From: an uncultured Clostridia bacterium
GTDB taxonomy: Bacteria > Bacillota > Clostridia > TANB77 > CAG-508
DNA length: 60,132 nt
Direction of reading: 5' to 3'
Assembly (NCBI GenBank): GCA_934184665.1
Contig: CAKPSX010000005.1
Coordinates: forward strand, 1-60,132
How positions within the stretch are numbered: position 1 is the stretch's first letter; each line of letters starts with the position of its first letter. Below, piece after piece: positions 9,476 to 19,358 of this stretch. The position numbers and the translations under genes were made by a program. The notes beneath the pieces were generated by a model that was given only the letters and a program-made list of their open reading frames with translations, had not been told where the DNA came from and made no database searches.

Positions 9476-10735
9476 TTATTCATTTACTCTTTCGATTATT
9501 GCACCTAAATTTCTGAATTTTTCTTCGATATTTTCATAGCCTCTATCTATATGTTCTAGATTGTATATTTCGGTTGTGCCATTTGCTATAATTCCTGCTA
9601 TAATTAAAGCGGCACCAGCACGTAAATCTGTTGAATATACAGGAGAACCATATAATTTTTCAACACCTTCAAAAAACGCAGATTTACCTTGAGCCGTAAT
9701 GTTTGCTCCCATTTTATTTAATTCATCTGTATATTGAAATCTTGATTCCCATATACCTTCAATTATTTTGCTTGTACCATTTGCAATAGATAAAACAACA
9801 CCCATTTGTGGTTGTAAATCAGTTGGAAATCCTGGATAAGGAAGTGTTTTGATTGTAGCCTTTGCAGGTCTTTTATTACAAGAAACTCTAATGCTATCTC
9901 CTAAATCTTCAACTTGTCCACCAATTTCTATAACTTTTGCTGTAACTGATTCTAAGTGTTTAGTAATACAATTTTTTATTAAAACATCACCCTTTGAAGC
10001 TACAGCTGCAAGCATAAATGTACCTGCTTCTATTTGGTCTGGAACTACAGAATATGTACTGTTTCCACTTAGTTTTTGTACACCATTTATTTTTATAACA
10101 TCAGTACCAGCACCACGAATATCTGCACCCATTGTATTTAAAAAGTTTGCAACATCAACTATATGTGGTTCTTTGGCAGCATTATCAATAATTGTAGTAC
10201 CTTCTGCTAAAACAGAAGCAAGCATAACATTAATTGTAGCACCAACTGAAACTACATCCATATAAATAGAAGTGCCTACCAATTTATCTGCAGATGCGGT
10301 TATTTTTCCTTGACCAACTTCGACTGTAGCACCAAGTGCTTCGAATCCTTTTATATGTTGATCTATAGGTCGTGCTCCCAATTTACATCCACCAGGCATT
10401 CCTACGGTAATTTGCTTTTTACGCCCAAGCATACTACCAATTATATAATATGAAGCTCTGAATTTTCTTGTTTGATCCTCAGAAGCTATTGTTTTATCTA
10501 TATTTCTTGTATCTACTGTAATAGTATTAGGTCCAATCCATTTAATTTTTGCACCAAGTCCTTCTAAAATATCACAAGATGTTTTTACATCACTGATATT
10601 AGGTAAATTTTCAATAGTACAAACTCCATCTATTAAGAGTGTAGCAGGTAAAATTGCAACAGCTGCATTTTTTGCTCCACTAATTGTTACTTCTCCTTTT
10701 AAAGGTGTTCCTCCAGTGATTACTAGTTTTTCCAA
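9476..10735 (-). CDS. murA: UDP-N-acetylglucosamine 1-carboxyvinyltransferase
   Basis: Contains MEKLVITGGTPLKGEVTISGAKNAAVAILPA...GCKLGARPIDQHIKGFEALGA. It is full length at 419 aa. Confidence 0.95.
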   Translation of the reverse strand: MEKLVITGGTPLKGEVTISGAKNAAVAILPATLLIDGVCTIENLPNISDVKTSCDILEGLGAKIKWIGPNTITVDTRNIDKTIASEDQTRKFRASYYIIGSMLGRKKQITVGMPGGCKLGARPIDQHIKGFEALGATVEVGQGKITASADKLVGTSIYMDVVSVGATINVMLASVLAEGTTIIDNAAKEPHIVDVANFLNTMGADIRGAGTDVIKINGVQKLSGNSTYSVVPDQIEAGTFMLAAVASKGDVLIKNCITKHLESVTAKVIEIGGQVEDLGDSIRVSCNKRPAKATIKTLPYPGFPTDLQPQMGVVLSIANGTSKIIEGIWESRFQYTDELNKMGANITAQGKSAFFEGVEKLYGSPVYSTDLRAGAALIIAGIIANGTTEIYNLEHIDRGYENIEEKFRNLGAIIERVNE

Positions 10736-10813
10736 AAGTATTCCTCCTTAAAATAATCTTCTTTAGAAATATACCATAAAATGAGAAAGATTACAATATA
10801 TTTTGAGGATATT

Positions 10814-11458
10814 CTAATTTTTTGCTGTAAAAAAATCTTTTTGAGCAAAAAGTTCTATTATCTTAAATTTAATATCAAAATCTAATTCATCATTTTCTGA
10901 AACTACATTATATGATTCTTGCTCTAAATTGTTTTCAAGACTTTTTTTACCTTCATCATCAACTATTCCTGAGCTAACATCAATAAAACATAGAGATGGA
11001 AACATTACACACCACCAATTTTTTCCTTTTGCTTCTCCAATTTCTACACGTAATGCATCGTAAAAGCCTGCGGGTAGAGAGATATCACCATATGTTTTGG
11101 TTGGAAAGTAAAAATTACCTATATTAATTTTAGTAGAATAATTATATCCATTTTCAATAATTATTTGTTCAGCAATTTTTTGAAAATCTGTGGAATGTTC
11201 TTTGGCAATAGAGATTGCTTCTTCTTTTGTTGTGCAGTTTGTGCTTAATGTATTCATATAATTAAGTAGTCCGTCACGAACTTTTAACTTTAATGCTTGA
11301 TCTTCATCAGAATCACTATTGGCTAATACATGAAGTCTAAAAACAGAATTCGATATATCAGAACCTATGGCCGTTACATATGATTGAGCACAAATAAATG
11401 TATATAATAATAATAGAAAAAATAATAAAAATATTTTCTTTATGTTGATTTTTTTCAT
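10814..11458 (-). CDS. spoIIR: Stage II sporulation protein R
   Basis: Signal peptide followed by FRLHVLANSDSDEDQALKLKVRD, the SpoIIR signature. Confidence 0.85.
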   Translation of the reverse strand: MKKINIKKIFLLFFLLLLYTFICAQSYVTAIGSDISNSVFRLHVLANSDSDEDQALKLKVRDGLLNYMNTLSTNCTTKEEAISIAKEHSTDFQKIAEQIIIENGYNYSTKINIGNFYFPTKTYGDISLPAGFYDALRVEIGEAKGKNWWCVMFPSLCFIDVSSGIVDDEGKKSLENNLEQESYNVVSENDELDFDIKFKIIELFAQKDFFTAKN

Positions 11459-11598
11459 AATAATCCTCCTTTTATAAAATAAAACGTTTTTGTTAAAAAA
11501 TATCTTTAAAATAATTATTAACCAAAAAAAATAAAATATTCATTGTCGAAAAAATATAACAAAAAATGAAATAAAAGACTTGACATTAAAAACAAAGA

Positions 11599-12078
11599 AT
11601 GGTAAAATTTACCAAAGAACAATCGAAAGGGATGAACGATATGATCGTTGAAAATAAGAAGATTGACAAAGCATGTAGCTTTTATGTTAGTGATTTTCAT
11701 TTAGAAATGATACTAATGCCATATATAAATGAGAAAATTGACAAAAGAGAAAATATAGTAATTACAACAGAAAAAGATTTAAGAGATACAGTAGAAATAT
11801 TAATATCAAAAGTTAATATTAATAAAGAAAATAAAAAGAAAATATTAGATTTAGGGTGGGGTAAAAGTGGATATACACCTGTTAATGACGAGTCTAATGT
11901 TATAGTGATCGGAACAGAGAAATATATAAATGATATAAATAATAAAATTGAAGATTCAAATATAAATAAAGTAACAATAATAAATTGTTATGATTTTGAG
12001 GAGGTTAAAGATAATATAGTAAATATTGTGGAGGCGCATGATGAAAGCCTTAATACAATAGGTTTTGATAAAATATAA
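11599..12078 (+). CDS. Hypothetical protein
   Basis: ORF only. The likely real start is ATG 11641 (MIVENKK), after gaaaggg. No family recognised. Confidence 0.45.
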   Translation: MVKFTKEQSKGMNDMIVENKKIDKACSFYVSDFHLEMILMPYINEKIDKRENIVITTEKDLRDTVEILISKVNINKENKKKILDLGWGKSGYTPVNDESNVIVIGTEKYINDINNKIEDSNINKVTIINCYDFEEVKDNIVNIVEAHDESLNTIGFDKI

Positions 12079-12217
12079 AATTTAAAATGTTAATTCTGCG
12101 AATAAGTTAATAAAAGCTAACTTTTTGTCATTGAAAAAATTTTTTCTTATTTGTGCTAAACTATTGAAAAAAGTTTGAAAATGGTATATAAATATTGTTA
12201 CTAGACAAGAAAGGAAG

Positions 12218-13465
12218 ATGCATATGGAAGAAAACATGCAATTGATTAGAAAAACTCTAAAAAAATATTCTCAAGAGCATTTACTAAATGGATATGAAAA
12301 TTTACCAGAAGTAAAACAAAAACAATTGTTAAATCAAATTGAAAATACTGACTTTGAACTAATAAACAGTTTATATAGCAAGACAAAAGAAACAGTAGAA
12401 ATTTCAGAATCACAATTGTCACCAATCGAATATTGGGATCGAAAAAGGCTAAATGGAGAATATAAGGAGTTTCAAGAAATAGGGGAAAAAGCGATAAAAA
12501 GTGGAAAACTTGCTGCAGTTACAATGGCTGGAGGACAAGGAACAAGGCTTGGACATAAAGGACCAAAAGGTACTTTTGATATTGGTTTAGATTCCCATAA
12601 ATCTTTGTTTGAACTTCTTTGTGATTCATTAAAGACAGAAGGGAAAAAATATGGTGTAACAATACCATGGTTTATAATGACAAGCAAAGAAAACAATCAG
12701 GAAACAATTGACTTCTTTGCAAAGCATAAGTACTTTGGATACGAAAAAAATAAAAATATATTTTTCTTTGAACAAGGCGAATTACCAATGGTTGATACTG
12801 AAGGTAAAATATTAATAGGTGAAGATGGACTTATTAAAGAAGCGGCAGATGGTCATGGTGGTATATATGAAGCACTTGTTAAAAATGGAATGACAAAGAA
12901 AATGCGTGAATTAGGTGTTGAATGGATTTTTATAGGTGGTGTTGATAACTGTCTAGCAAAAATGGTAGATCCTGTTCTTATGGGACTTGCTATAGAAAAA
13001 CATGTAACAGCAGCAGGAAAATCTGTTGTTAAGGCAAATCCACAAGAAAAAGTTGGAGTGTTCTGCAAGAAAAATGGAAAACCATCTGTAGTAGAATATA
13101 CAGAGATTCCAAAAGAAATGTCTGAGGCTACTGACAAAAATGGTGAACTTATATATGGAGAATCACATATCTTATGTAATTTATTTAATATAGATGCAGT
13201 TGAAAGAATGGGAAAAAAACCACTTCCATACCATACAGCATATAAAAAAGCAACATATATAAATGACAAAGGCGAAAAAGTAGTTCCAGATGGACCTAAT
13301 GCATATAAGTTTGAAGCATTTTTATTTGATGCATTTGGAGAATTAGATGATATGGTTATTTTACGTGTAAAAAGAGAAGAAGAGTTCGCACCAGTTAAAA
13401 ATGCTACTGGAACAGATAGCCCAGAGACAGCAAGAGAATTATATAAAAAGTTTTATAAAATATAA
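12218..13465 (+). CDS. UDPGP-family UDP-sugar / UDP-N-acetylhexosamine pyrophosphorylase (UAP1-like)
   Basis: Contains the MAGGQGTRLGHKGPKGTF nucleotide-binding loop plus GHGGIY and VEYTE. The start may be ATG 12224. Confidence 0.75.
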   Translation: MHMEENMQLIRKTLKKYSQEHLLNGYENLPEVKQKQLLNQIENTDFELINSLYSKTKETVEISESQLSPIEYWDRKRLNGEYKEFQEIGEKAIKSGKLAAVTMAGGQGTRLGHKGPKGTFDIGLDSHKSLFELLCDSLKTEGKKYGVTIPWFIMTSKENNQETIDFFAKHKYFGYEKNKNIFFFEQGELPMVDTEGKILIGEDGLIKEAADGHGGIYEALVKNGMTKKMRELGVEWIFIGGVDNCLAKMVDPVLMGLAIEKHVTAAGKSVVKANPQEKVGVFCKKNGKPSVVEYTEIPKEMSEATDKNGELIYGESHILCNLFNIDAVERMGKKPLPYHTAYKKATYINDKGEKVVPDGPNAYKFEAFLFDAFGELDDMVILRVKREEEFAPVKNATGTDSPETARELYKKFYKI

Positions 13466-13543
13466 TAATGTTTTAATAAAGAAGCAAAAGATAATACCAT
13501 TTAGGATATGCCTAATGGTATTTGTTATAAGAAAGGGAAACAT

Positions 13544-15274
13544 ATGAATTATTTAGAGGAATATAAAAGATGGTGTGAAGATCCATCATTTGATGAAGAA
13601 ACAAAAAAAGAGTTATTAGAGATAAAAAATAATGAAGAAGAAATTAAAGATAGATTCTACAAAGAATTAGAGTTTGGAACAGCTGGTTTACGTGGAATAA
13701 TTGGTATGGGAACAAATAGAATGAATAAATATACTGTTGGAAAGGCAACACAAGGTTTAGCTAATTATATAATTGAACAAGGAACACAAGATATGGGTGT
13801 TGCGATAAGTTATGATTCAAGAAAAATGTCAGATGAATTTAGTATGCAAACAGCATTAATATTAAATGCAAATGGAATTAAAACATATTTATTTGAAAGT
13901 TTAAGACCAGTTCCAGAGCTATCATTTGCAATAAGACAATTAAAGTGCACAGCTGGAATTATGATTACAGCAAGTCATAATCCTCCAAAATATAACGGAT
14001 ATAAAGTTTATTGGGATGATGGTTCACAAATAATTTCACCAAGAGATAAGGATATAATTGCAAAAGTTAGGGGAATAACAGATTTCAAAGAAATAAAAAC
14101 AATGAACAGAGAAGAGGCAATCGAAAAAGGATTATTTAATGTGATTGGAAAAGAAATGGATGATAAATTCATAAATAAATTAAAATCACTTGTATTAAAT
14201 CCTGAGATTGTAAAAGAACAAGGCAAAAAATTAAAAATAGTTTATACACCATTACATGGAACAGGAAATACAATTGCTGAAAGACTTTTAAATGAGCTTG
14301 GATTTGAAAATGTATATGTTGTTCCTGAACAGGCAAAACCAGATGGTAATTTTCCAACTGTAGATTATCCAAACCCAGAGGACAAAAAAGCATTTAAATT
14401 AGCTTTGGAACTAGCAGAAAAAGTTGATGCAGATGTTGTTTTAGCTACAGATCCTGATGCGGATAGACTAGGAATATATGCAAAAGATGCAAAAACAGGT
14501 GAATATATGACATATACAGGAAATATGTCTGCATTATTGATTGCAGAATATAGAATATCACAAATGAAAGAAAAGGGAATATTACCTGCTGATGGAATGT
14601 TTATTACAACAATAGTATCATCAGATTTAGCAAAAGCAATTGCAAAATATTATAACTTAGAATGTATAGAAGTTCTAACAGGTTTTAAAAATATAGGAGC
14701 TGTTATAAAAAAAGCAGAAGAGAAAAAAGACAAAACGTATGTGTTTGGATTCGAGGAAAGCTACGGATGTCTTATTGGAGATTATGCTAGAGATAAAGAT
14801 GGTATTTCAGCAGTTATGTCATTATGTGAAGCAGCAGCTTATTATAAGTCAAAAGGCTTAACATTATGGGATCAAATGATGAACATATATGAGAAATATG
14901 GATATTATAAAGAAGCTCAGATATCAATTGTATTAGAAGGTGCTGAAGGTGCAGAAAAGATAAAGGCTATGATGTCAAACATGAGAAATAAAGATATAGA
15001 ACAAATTGGTGATTATAAAGTAATTAAATTCAAAGATGTGGATAGAGATTATGTAAAAGATATGATCACTGGAGAAGAATCAAATACAGGATTACCAAAA
15101 TCAAATGTCTTATATTATGAATTAGAAAATAATTCATGGTGTTGTGTACGCCCATCAGGAACGGAACCAAAAATCAAACTTTATATTGGAATAAAGGGAG
15201 AAAATATGGAAAATGCAAATGAAAAACTTGAGAAACTTTCAAAAGCTATGGAAGACTTAGTTAGAAACTCATAA
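13544..15274 (+). CDS. Phosphoglucomutase/phosphomannomutase family protein (PgcA-like)
   Basis: Contains GTAGLRG and the active-site loop TASHNPPKYNGYKVY, plus DPDADR. ATG 13544 follows aagaaaggga. Confidence 0.9.
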   Translation: MNYLEEYKRWCEDPSFDEETKKELLEIKNNEEEIKDRFYKELEFGTAGLRGIIGMGTNRMNKYTVGKATQGLANYIIEQGTQDMGVAISYDSRKMSDEFSMQTALILNANGIKTYLFESLRPVPELSFAIRQLKCTAGIMITASHNPPKYNGYKVYWDDGSQIISPRDKDIIAKVRGITDFKEIKTMNREEAIEKGLFNVIGKEMDDKFINKLKSLVLNPEIVKEQGKKLKIVYTPLHGTGNTIAERLLNELGFENVYVVPEQAKPDGNFPTVDYPNPEDKKAFKLALELAEKVDADVVLATDPDADRLGIYAKDAKTGEYMTYTGNMSALLIAEYRISQMKEKGILPADGMFITTIVSSDLAKAIAKYYNLECIEVLTGFKNIGAVIKKAEEKKDKTYVFGFEESYGCLIGDYARDKDGISAVMSLCEAAAYYKSKGLTLWDQMMNIYEKYGYYKEAQISIVLEGAEGAEKIKAMMSNMRNKDIEQIGDYKVIKFKDVDRDYVKDMITGEESNTGLPKSNVLYYELENNSWCCVRPSGTEPKIKLYIGIKGENMENANEKLEKLSKAMEDLVRNS

Positions 15275-15283
15275 AAGTATAAG

Positions 15284-15307
15284 GAAGCAGATGCATCTGC
15301 TTCTTTT
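15284..15307 (+). terminator. Intrinsic terminator after the phosphoglucomutase gene
   Basis: gaagcaga tgca tctgcttc (8-bp perfect stem, 4-nt loop) followed by tttt. Confidence 0.75.
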
Positions 15308-15368
15308 GCTTTTGACAAAATGCTTGACAGATATGTTATAATATTTGAGGAAGGGAATGGAGTTTAAG

Positions 15369-16076
15369 ATGCAACAAATATTAAGTAAAATGAGAAAAGC
15401 AATTGAAGAATATAATATGATTGAAGAGGGAGATAAAATTGCAGTATGTCTTTCAGGAGGAAAGGATTCAATAACACTTTTAAATGGGTTAAAGGCATTA
15501 CAAAGATTTTATCCAAAACATTTTGAACTTATAGCAATTACAGTAAATCCTGGATTTGATAATTTTGATAATGAATTATTACAGAAGAATTGTGATGAAG
15601 TTCAAGTGCCTTTATTTATAGAGAAGAGCAATATTAAAGAAATCGTTTTTGATGTGAGAAAAGAAAAAAATCCATGTTCATTATGTGCCAACTTGCGTAG
15701 AGGTATTATTAATAGTGTAGCTATTAGGGAAGGATGCAACAAGATTGCATTGGGACATAATTTAGATGATGTTTTAGAAACATTTTTATTAAATTTATTA
15801 TATACAGGAAGTTTATCGACATTTGCACCTAAAAGCTATATGGATAGAAGCAAAATAACATTAATAAGGCCACTAATATTGCTTAGTGAGAAGGATACAA
15901 GAAGATATGTGAAAAAGAATAATAAATCGGTTATGCCTAAAGTTTGTCCTATGGATGAAAACACTAAGAGAGAAACAATGAAAGAACAGATATTTTTATG
16001 GCAAAAAGATATTCCTATGGTAAGAGCTAATCTTTTTGGAGCAATTTCACGTAATTTAGAGGGCTGGAAAAAGTAA
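15369..16076 (+). CDS. ttcA: PP-loop ATPase, tRNA 2-thiocytidine(32) synthetase TtcA-like
   Basis: Contains the SGGKDS PP-loop, CSLCANLRRG, and HNLDD. Confidence 0.8.
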   Translation: MQQILSKMRKAIEEYNMIEEGDKIAVCLSGGKDSITLLNGLKALQRFYPKHFELIAITVNPGFDNFDNELLQKNCDEVQVPLFIEKSNIKEIVFDVRKEKNPCSLCANLRRGIINSVAIREGCNKIALGHNLDDVLETFLLNLLYTGSLSTFAPKSYMDRSKITLIRPLILLSEKDTRRYVKKNNKSVMPKVCPMDENTKRETMKEQIFLWQKDIPMVRANLFGAISRNLEGWKK

Positions 16077-16112
16077 GGGAGAATTTACAATAAAATTTGA
16101 TTTTATGCAATG

Positions 16113-16141
16113 TTGAAAACAAAAATAAGTTGTGATATAAT
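16113..16141 (+). promoter_or_regulatory. Sigma-A-type promoter for the tRNA gene
   Basis: TTGAAA (16113-16118), a 17-nt spacer, then TATAAT (16136-16141). The tRNA 5' end lies 10 nt downstream. Confidence 0.7.
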
Positions 16142-16151
16142 AATGGCAGAT

Positions 16152-16227
<76 letters not shown>

Positions 16228-16298
16228 AAAATTAAATGTATAAGTAAGAGTTTGCTGTAATTTAAGAGTAATAACAATTGAAAATAAGGAATATAAAT

Positions 16299-16781
16299 AT
16301 GGAAAATTATTACATGAAACAAGCTTTAAAAGAAGCGGAAAAAGCATATAATAAATTAGAAGTTCCAGTAGGAGCAATAATAGTAAAAGATGGGGAAATA
16401 ATAGCTAGAGCTCACAATCAAAAAGAAGAGAAAACAGATACAACAAAACATGCGGAAATATTGGCAATACAAAAAGCAAGTAAAAAGCTAAAATCGTGGA
16501 GACTAATAGATTGTGAAATGTATGTTACATTAGAACCATGTACGATGTGTGCAGGGGCTATAATTAATTCTAGAATAAAAAAAGTCTATATAGGTACTAT
16601 GGATGAAAAGACTGGTGCCGTAGGGTCTGTATTAAATCTATTTGAAGATTATAAGTTTAATCATAAAGTAGAAAGTAAAAGTGGAATTATGGAACAAGAA
16701 TGTGAAGAGATATTAAAGAGGTTTTTCAGGGAATTACGAAAATTAAAAAATAATCGGAGGAAAAAATGTATAGAAATATAA
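16299..16781 (+). CDS. tadA: tRNA adenosine(34) deaminase
   Basis: Contains YMKQALKEAEKAYNKLEVPVGAIIV...HAEILAI...LEPCTMCAGAI (HAE / PCxxC zinc motifs). Confidence 0.9.
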   Translation: MENYYMKQALKEAEKAYNKLEVPVGAIIVKDGEIIARAHNQKEEKTDTTKHAEILAIQKASKKLKSWRLIDCEMYVTLEPCTMCAGAIINSRIKKVYIGTMDEKTGAVGSVLNLFEDYKFNHKVESKSGIMEQECEEILKRFFRELRKLKNNRRKKCIEI

Positions 16782-17509
16782 ACAAGAAAATACTTCATGT
16801 TATAGCTACAATAATAATGGTTGCGATAGTGGCTTTCATAATTGGAATGTTGTTTCTTAGATATCAAGTTGAAGGTGAAACAAATATGCCATTTAAGATT
16901 TCTAAAATTTCAATAATTGAAAGTGTAGAAGGAATTGAGAATAAAGATGCGCAAGAAAAATGGAGTTTTAATGTAAATGAAAATAATGATATATACATTT
17001 ATATAGAAAAAAATGATAATTATGGTAAAACAGAAATAATTGACAAAATACAAATAAGTAATATAACAATAAGCAGACAAAGTGAACTTGGAGAAACTAA
17101 ATTTTATAAACCAACAGAAGAAGAAAAAAGAATGTTTAATAACTTAGAAGAAAATGAGGTTACAGAATTAACATATAATGGTGATTTAACATCAAATATT
17201 AAAGAACAAAAAATATCTAATCAAGGAGGAATTGTTGCATTTAGATATGCAATTAATGATATTGCACAATACTCTTCGGAAGAAGATAAAGAAATAGATC
17301 ATAGTCAATTATTAAAATTAACAAATATAAAAAATGAAGATATAGCAACGACTTTAAAATTCGATATAGAAATATATTTAAAAAGTGGTAAAAAATATCA
17401 ATCAACTATAGAACAAGAAATATTGCCAGAAGATGTAATTGAAAATGGGACATCAGCATCAGAAAATACGAAATTAGATGACATAATTTTTAAAAGAGTT
17501 GAAAATTAA
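16766..17509 (+). CDS. Hypothetical membrane-anchored protein
   Basis: ORF with one N-terminal TM segment (VIATIIMVAIVAFIIGMLFL). It overlaps the tadA stop by 16 nt. No family recognised. Confidence 0.5.
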   Translation: MYRNINKKILHVIATIIMVAIVAFIIGMLFLRYQVEGETNMPFKISKISIIESVEGIENKDAQEKWSFNVNENNDIYIYIEKNDNYGKTEIIDKIQISNITISRQSELGETKFYKPTEEEKRMFNNLEENEVTELTYNGDLTSNIKEQKISNQGGIVAFRYAINDIAQYSSEEDKEIDHSQLLKLTNIKNEDIATTLKFDIEIYLKSGKKYQSTIEQEILPEDVIENGTSASENTKLDDIIFKRVEN

Positions 17510-17517
17510 AAAAACTC

Positions 17518-17546
17518 TTGCAAAAATTTGTATTACAGTATATAAT
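17518..17546 (+). promoter_or_regulatory. Sigma-A-type promoter for the SRP RNA
   Basis: TTGCAA (17518-17523), a 17-nt spacer, then TATAAT (17541-17546). Confidence 0.7.
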
Positions 17547-17555
17547 AATACCAGT

Positions 17556-17684
17556 GTGAGATTAATCTCTGTATGGAGAGCAAGCTCAATAAAAGCCTAT
17601 GAACCTTGTCAGATCCGGAAGGAAGCAGCAATAAGTAGATACTTTTATGTGGGTACTTGTTTTCCATAGAGAGATTAATTTCAT
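17556..17684 (+). ncRNA. ffs: Signal recognition particle RNA (short, 4.5S-like single hairpin)
   Basis: - Contains gtcagatccGGAAggaagcagc, matching the conserved SRP domain IV (GUCAGGUCCGGAAGGAAGCAGC).
- The flanks pair: gagattaatctctgtatgga with tccatagagagattaat, ataaaag with cttttat, and caag with cttg.
- It occupies the classic Firmicute position just upstream of dnaX-ybaB-recR.
- The ends are approximate. Confidence 0.8.
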
Positions 17685-17711
17685 AATTGCTGTTATAAAG
17701 GATGTGATAAT

Positions 17712-19340
17712 GTGGGGTACACAGCTCTTTATAGAAAATTCAGACCACAAAATTTTAGAGATATGGCTGGTCAAGAACATATAACAAAAACACTAAAAAA
17801 TCAGATAATGTCAAATAGAGTAGGGCATGCATATTTATTTAATGGGGGTAGAGGTACAGGTAAAACGACATCTGCAAAAATATTAGCTAGAGCCGTAAAT
17901 TGCTTAAACCCTAAGGATGGAGAGCCATGCAATGAATGCGAAATTTGCAAAGAGGCAATTTCGGGAGCTTTAACAGACATAGTAGAAATGGATGCTGCAT
18001 CAAATAATAGTGTTGAAGATATAAGGTCAATAAGAGAAGAAGTAAATTTTTTACCAACAAAAGCAAAATATAGAGTATATATAATTGATGAGGTTCATAT
18101 GTTATCACAGGGTGCATTTAATGCTTTATTAAAAACATTAGAGGAACCACCTGAACATGTAAAATTTATATTAGCAACAACAGAACCACAAAAATTACCT
18201 GCGACTATACTTTCGAGATGTCAGAGATTTGATTTTAGAAGAATATCTGATGAAGATATAATAAAAAGATTGAAAATAGTTTGTAAAGAAAGTGGAATTG
18301 AGGCATCTGAACAAGCATTAAACATAATAGCTTCATTATCAGAAGGTGCAATGAGAGATGCTTTATCTATATTAGAAAGATGCATTCAAGATGGAGAAAC
18401 AAATATAAATGAAGATAAAATTAAAGAATTGGTAGGAATACCTGCAATAAAATATATACATGATATAACAGAAGCAATTATAGAATATGATATTGATAAA
18501 GCAATGCAAGCAATTACTGAAGTGCTAGATGAAGGAAAAGACTTAGAAAATTTATTGTGGGAAATAATAAAATATATAAAAGATATTTTAATGCAAAAAA
18601 CAGGTCAAACATTATCAATTTATAATGAAGAAGATTTAGCAAACTTAAAGATATTAGCAGAAAAAATTACTAAACAAAGAGCAATAAAATTAATATATGA
18701 ATTATCAAAATTAGAAAATGATATGAAAACATCTACACAAAGATTAATAGTTTTTCAAGCAGGCATTATAAGTTTGTGCAATAAAGAAACAGAACAAAAT
18801 GATATATCAAATAATTCTGTGAAAAATAATATTAGCACAGAAATTAATGCAGATGTAAATAATCGTTTAAATAAAATAGAAAATTATTTAAGAAATTTAG
18901 ATATACAAAAAATTTCTAGTACACAAACAAGAAGAGCAACACCAAATGCTCAAAAAAAAACTAATATAAACACTGAGGCAATTGCTGGAATAGGGAAAAA
19001 TAGTAAACCAGCAGAATATTGGAGTCAGATAGTAGATAATCTTAAAAAAAATGGAAAAATAATGTTATATACTAATTTATTAAATACAAATGCAGTAGAG
19101 ATTAATGATATGACAGTTGGTATAGAATTTCCTGAAGGAATAACGCCAATAGGAAAAACTGTACTAGATAATGCAGAGAGTATATCAGAGATTTCAAAAC
19201 AGGTATCAGTTGCTTGTGGAAAACCAATGCAAATAAAATATATAGATACTAAACCACAAGGAACAGATAATATTACAGAAGAAACTGAACTTTCAAATCT
19301 TGCAAATGGTTTTGATATACCATTTGATGTAATAGAATAA
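17712..19340 (+). CDS. dnaX: DNA polymerase III subunit gamma/tau
   Basis: GTG start. Contains YRKFRPQNFRDMAGQEHI, Walker A GGRGTGKTT, the Zn module CNECEICK, DEVHMLS, and SRCQRF. Confidence 0.95.
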   Translation: MGYTALYRKFRPQNFRDMAGQEHITKTLKNQIMSNRVGHAYLFNGGRGTGKTTSAKILARAVNCLNPKDGEPCNECEICKEAISGALTDIVEMDAASNNSVEDIRSIREEVNFLPTKAKYRVYIIDEVHMLSQGAFNALLKTLEEPPEHVKFILATTEPQKLPATILSRCQRFDFRRISDEDIIKRLKIVCKESGIEASEQALNIIASLSEGAMRDALSILERCIQDGETNINEDKIKELVGIPAIKYIHDITEAIIEYDIDKAMQAITEVLDEGKDLENLLWEIIKYIKDILMQKTGQTLSIYNEEDLANLKILAEKITKQRAIKLIYELSKLENDMKTSTQRLIVFQAGIISLCNKETEQNDISNNSVKNNISTEINADVNNRLNKIENYLRNLDIQKISSTQTRRATPNAQKKTNINTEAIAGIGKNSKPAEYWSQIVDNLKKNGKIMLYTNLLNTNAVEINDMTVGIEFPEGITPIGKTVLDNAESISEISKQVSVACGKPMQIKYIDTKPQGTDNITEETELSNLANGFDIPFDVIE

Positions 19341-19358
19341 ATAAAGGAGGATTTTAAA

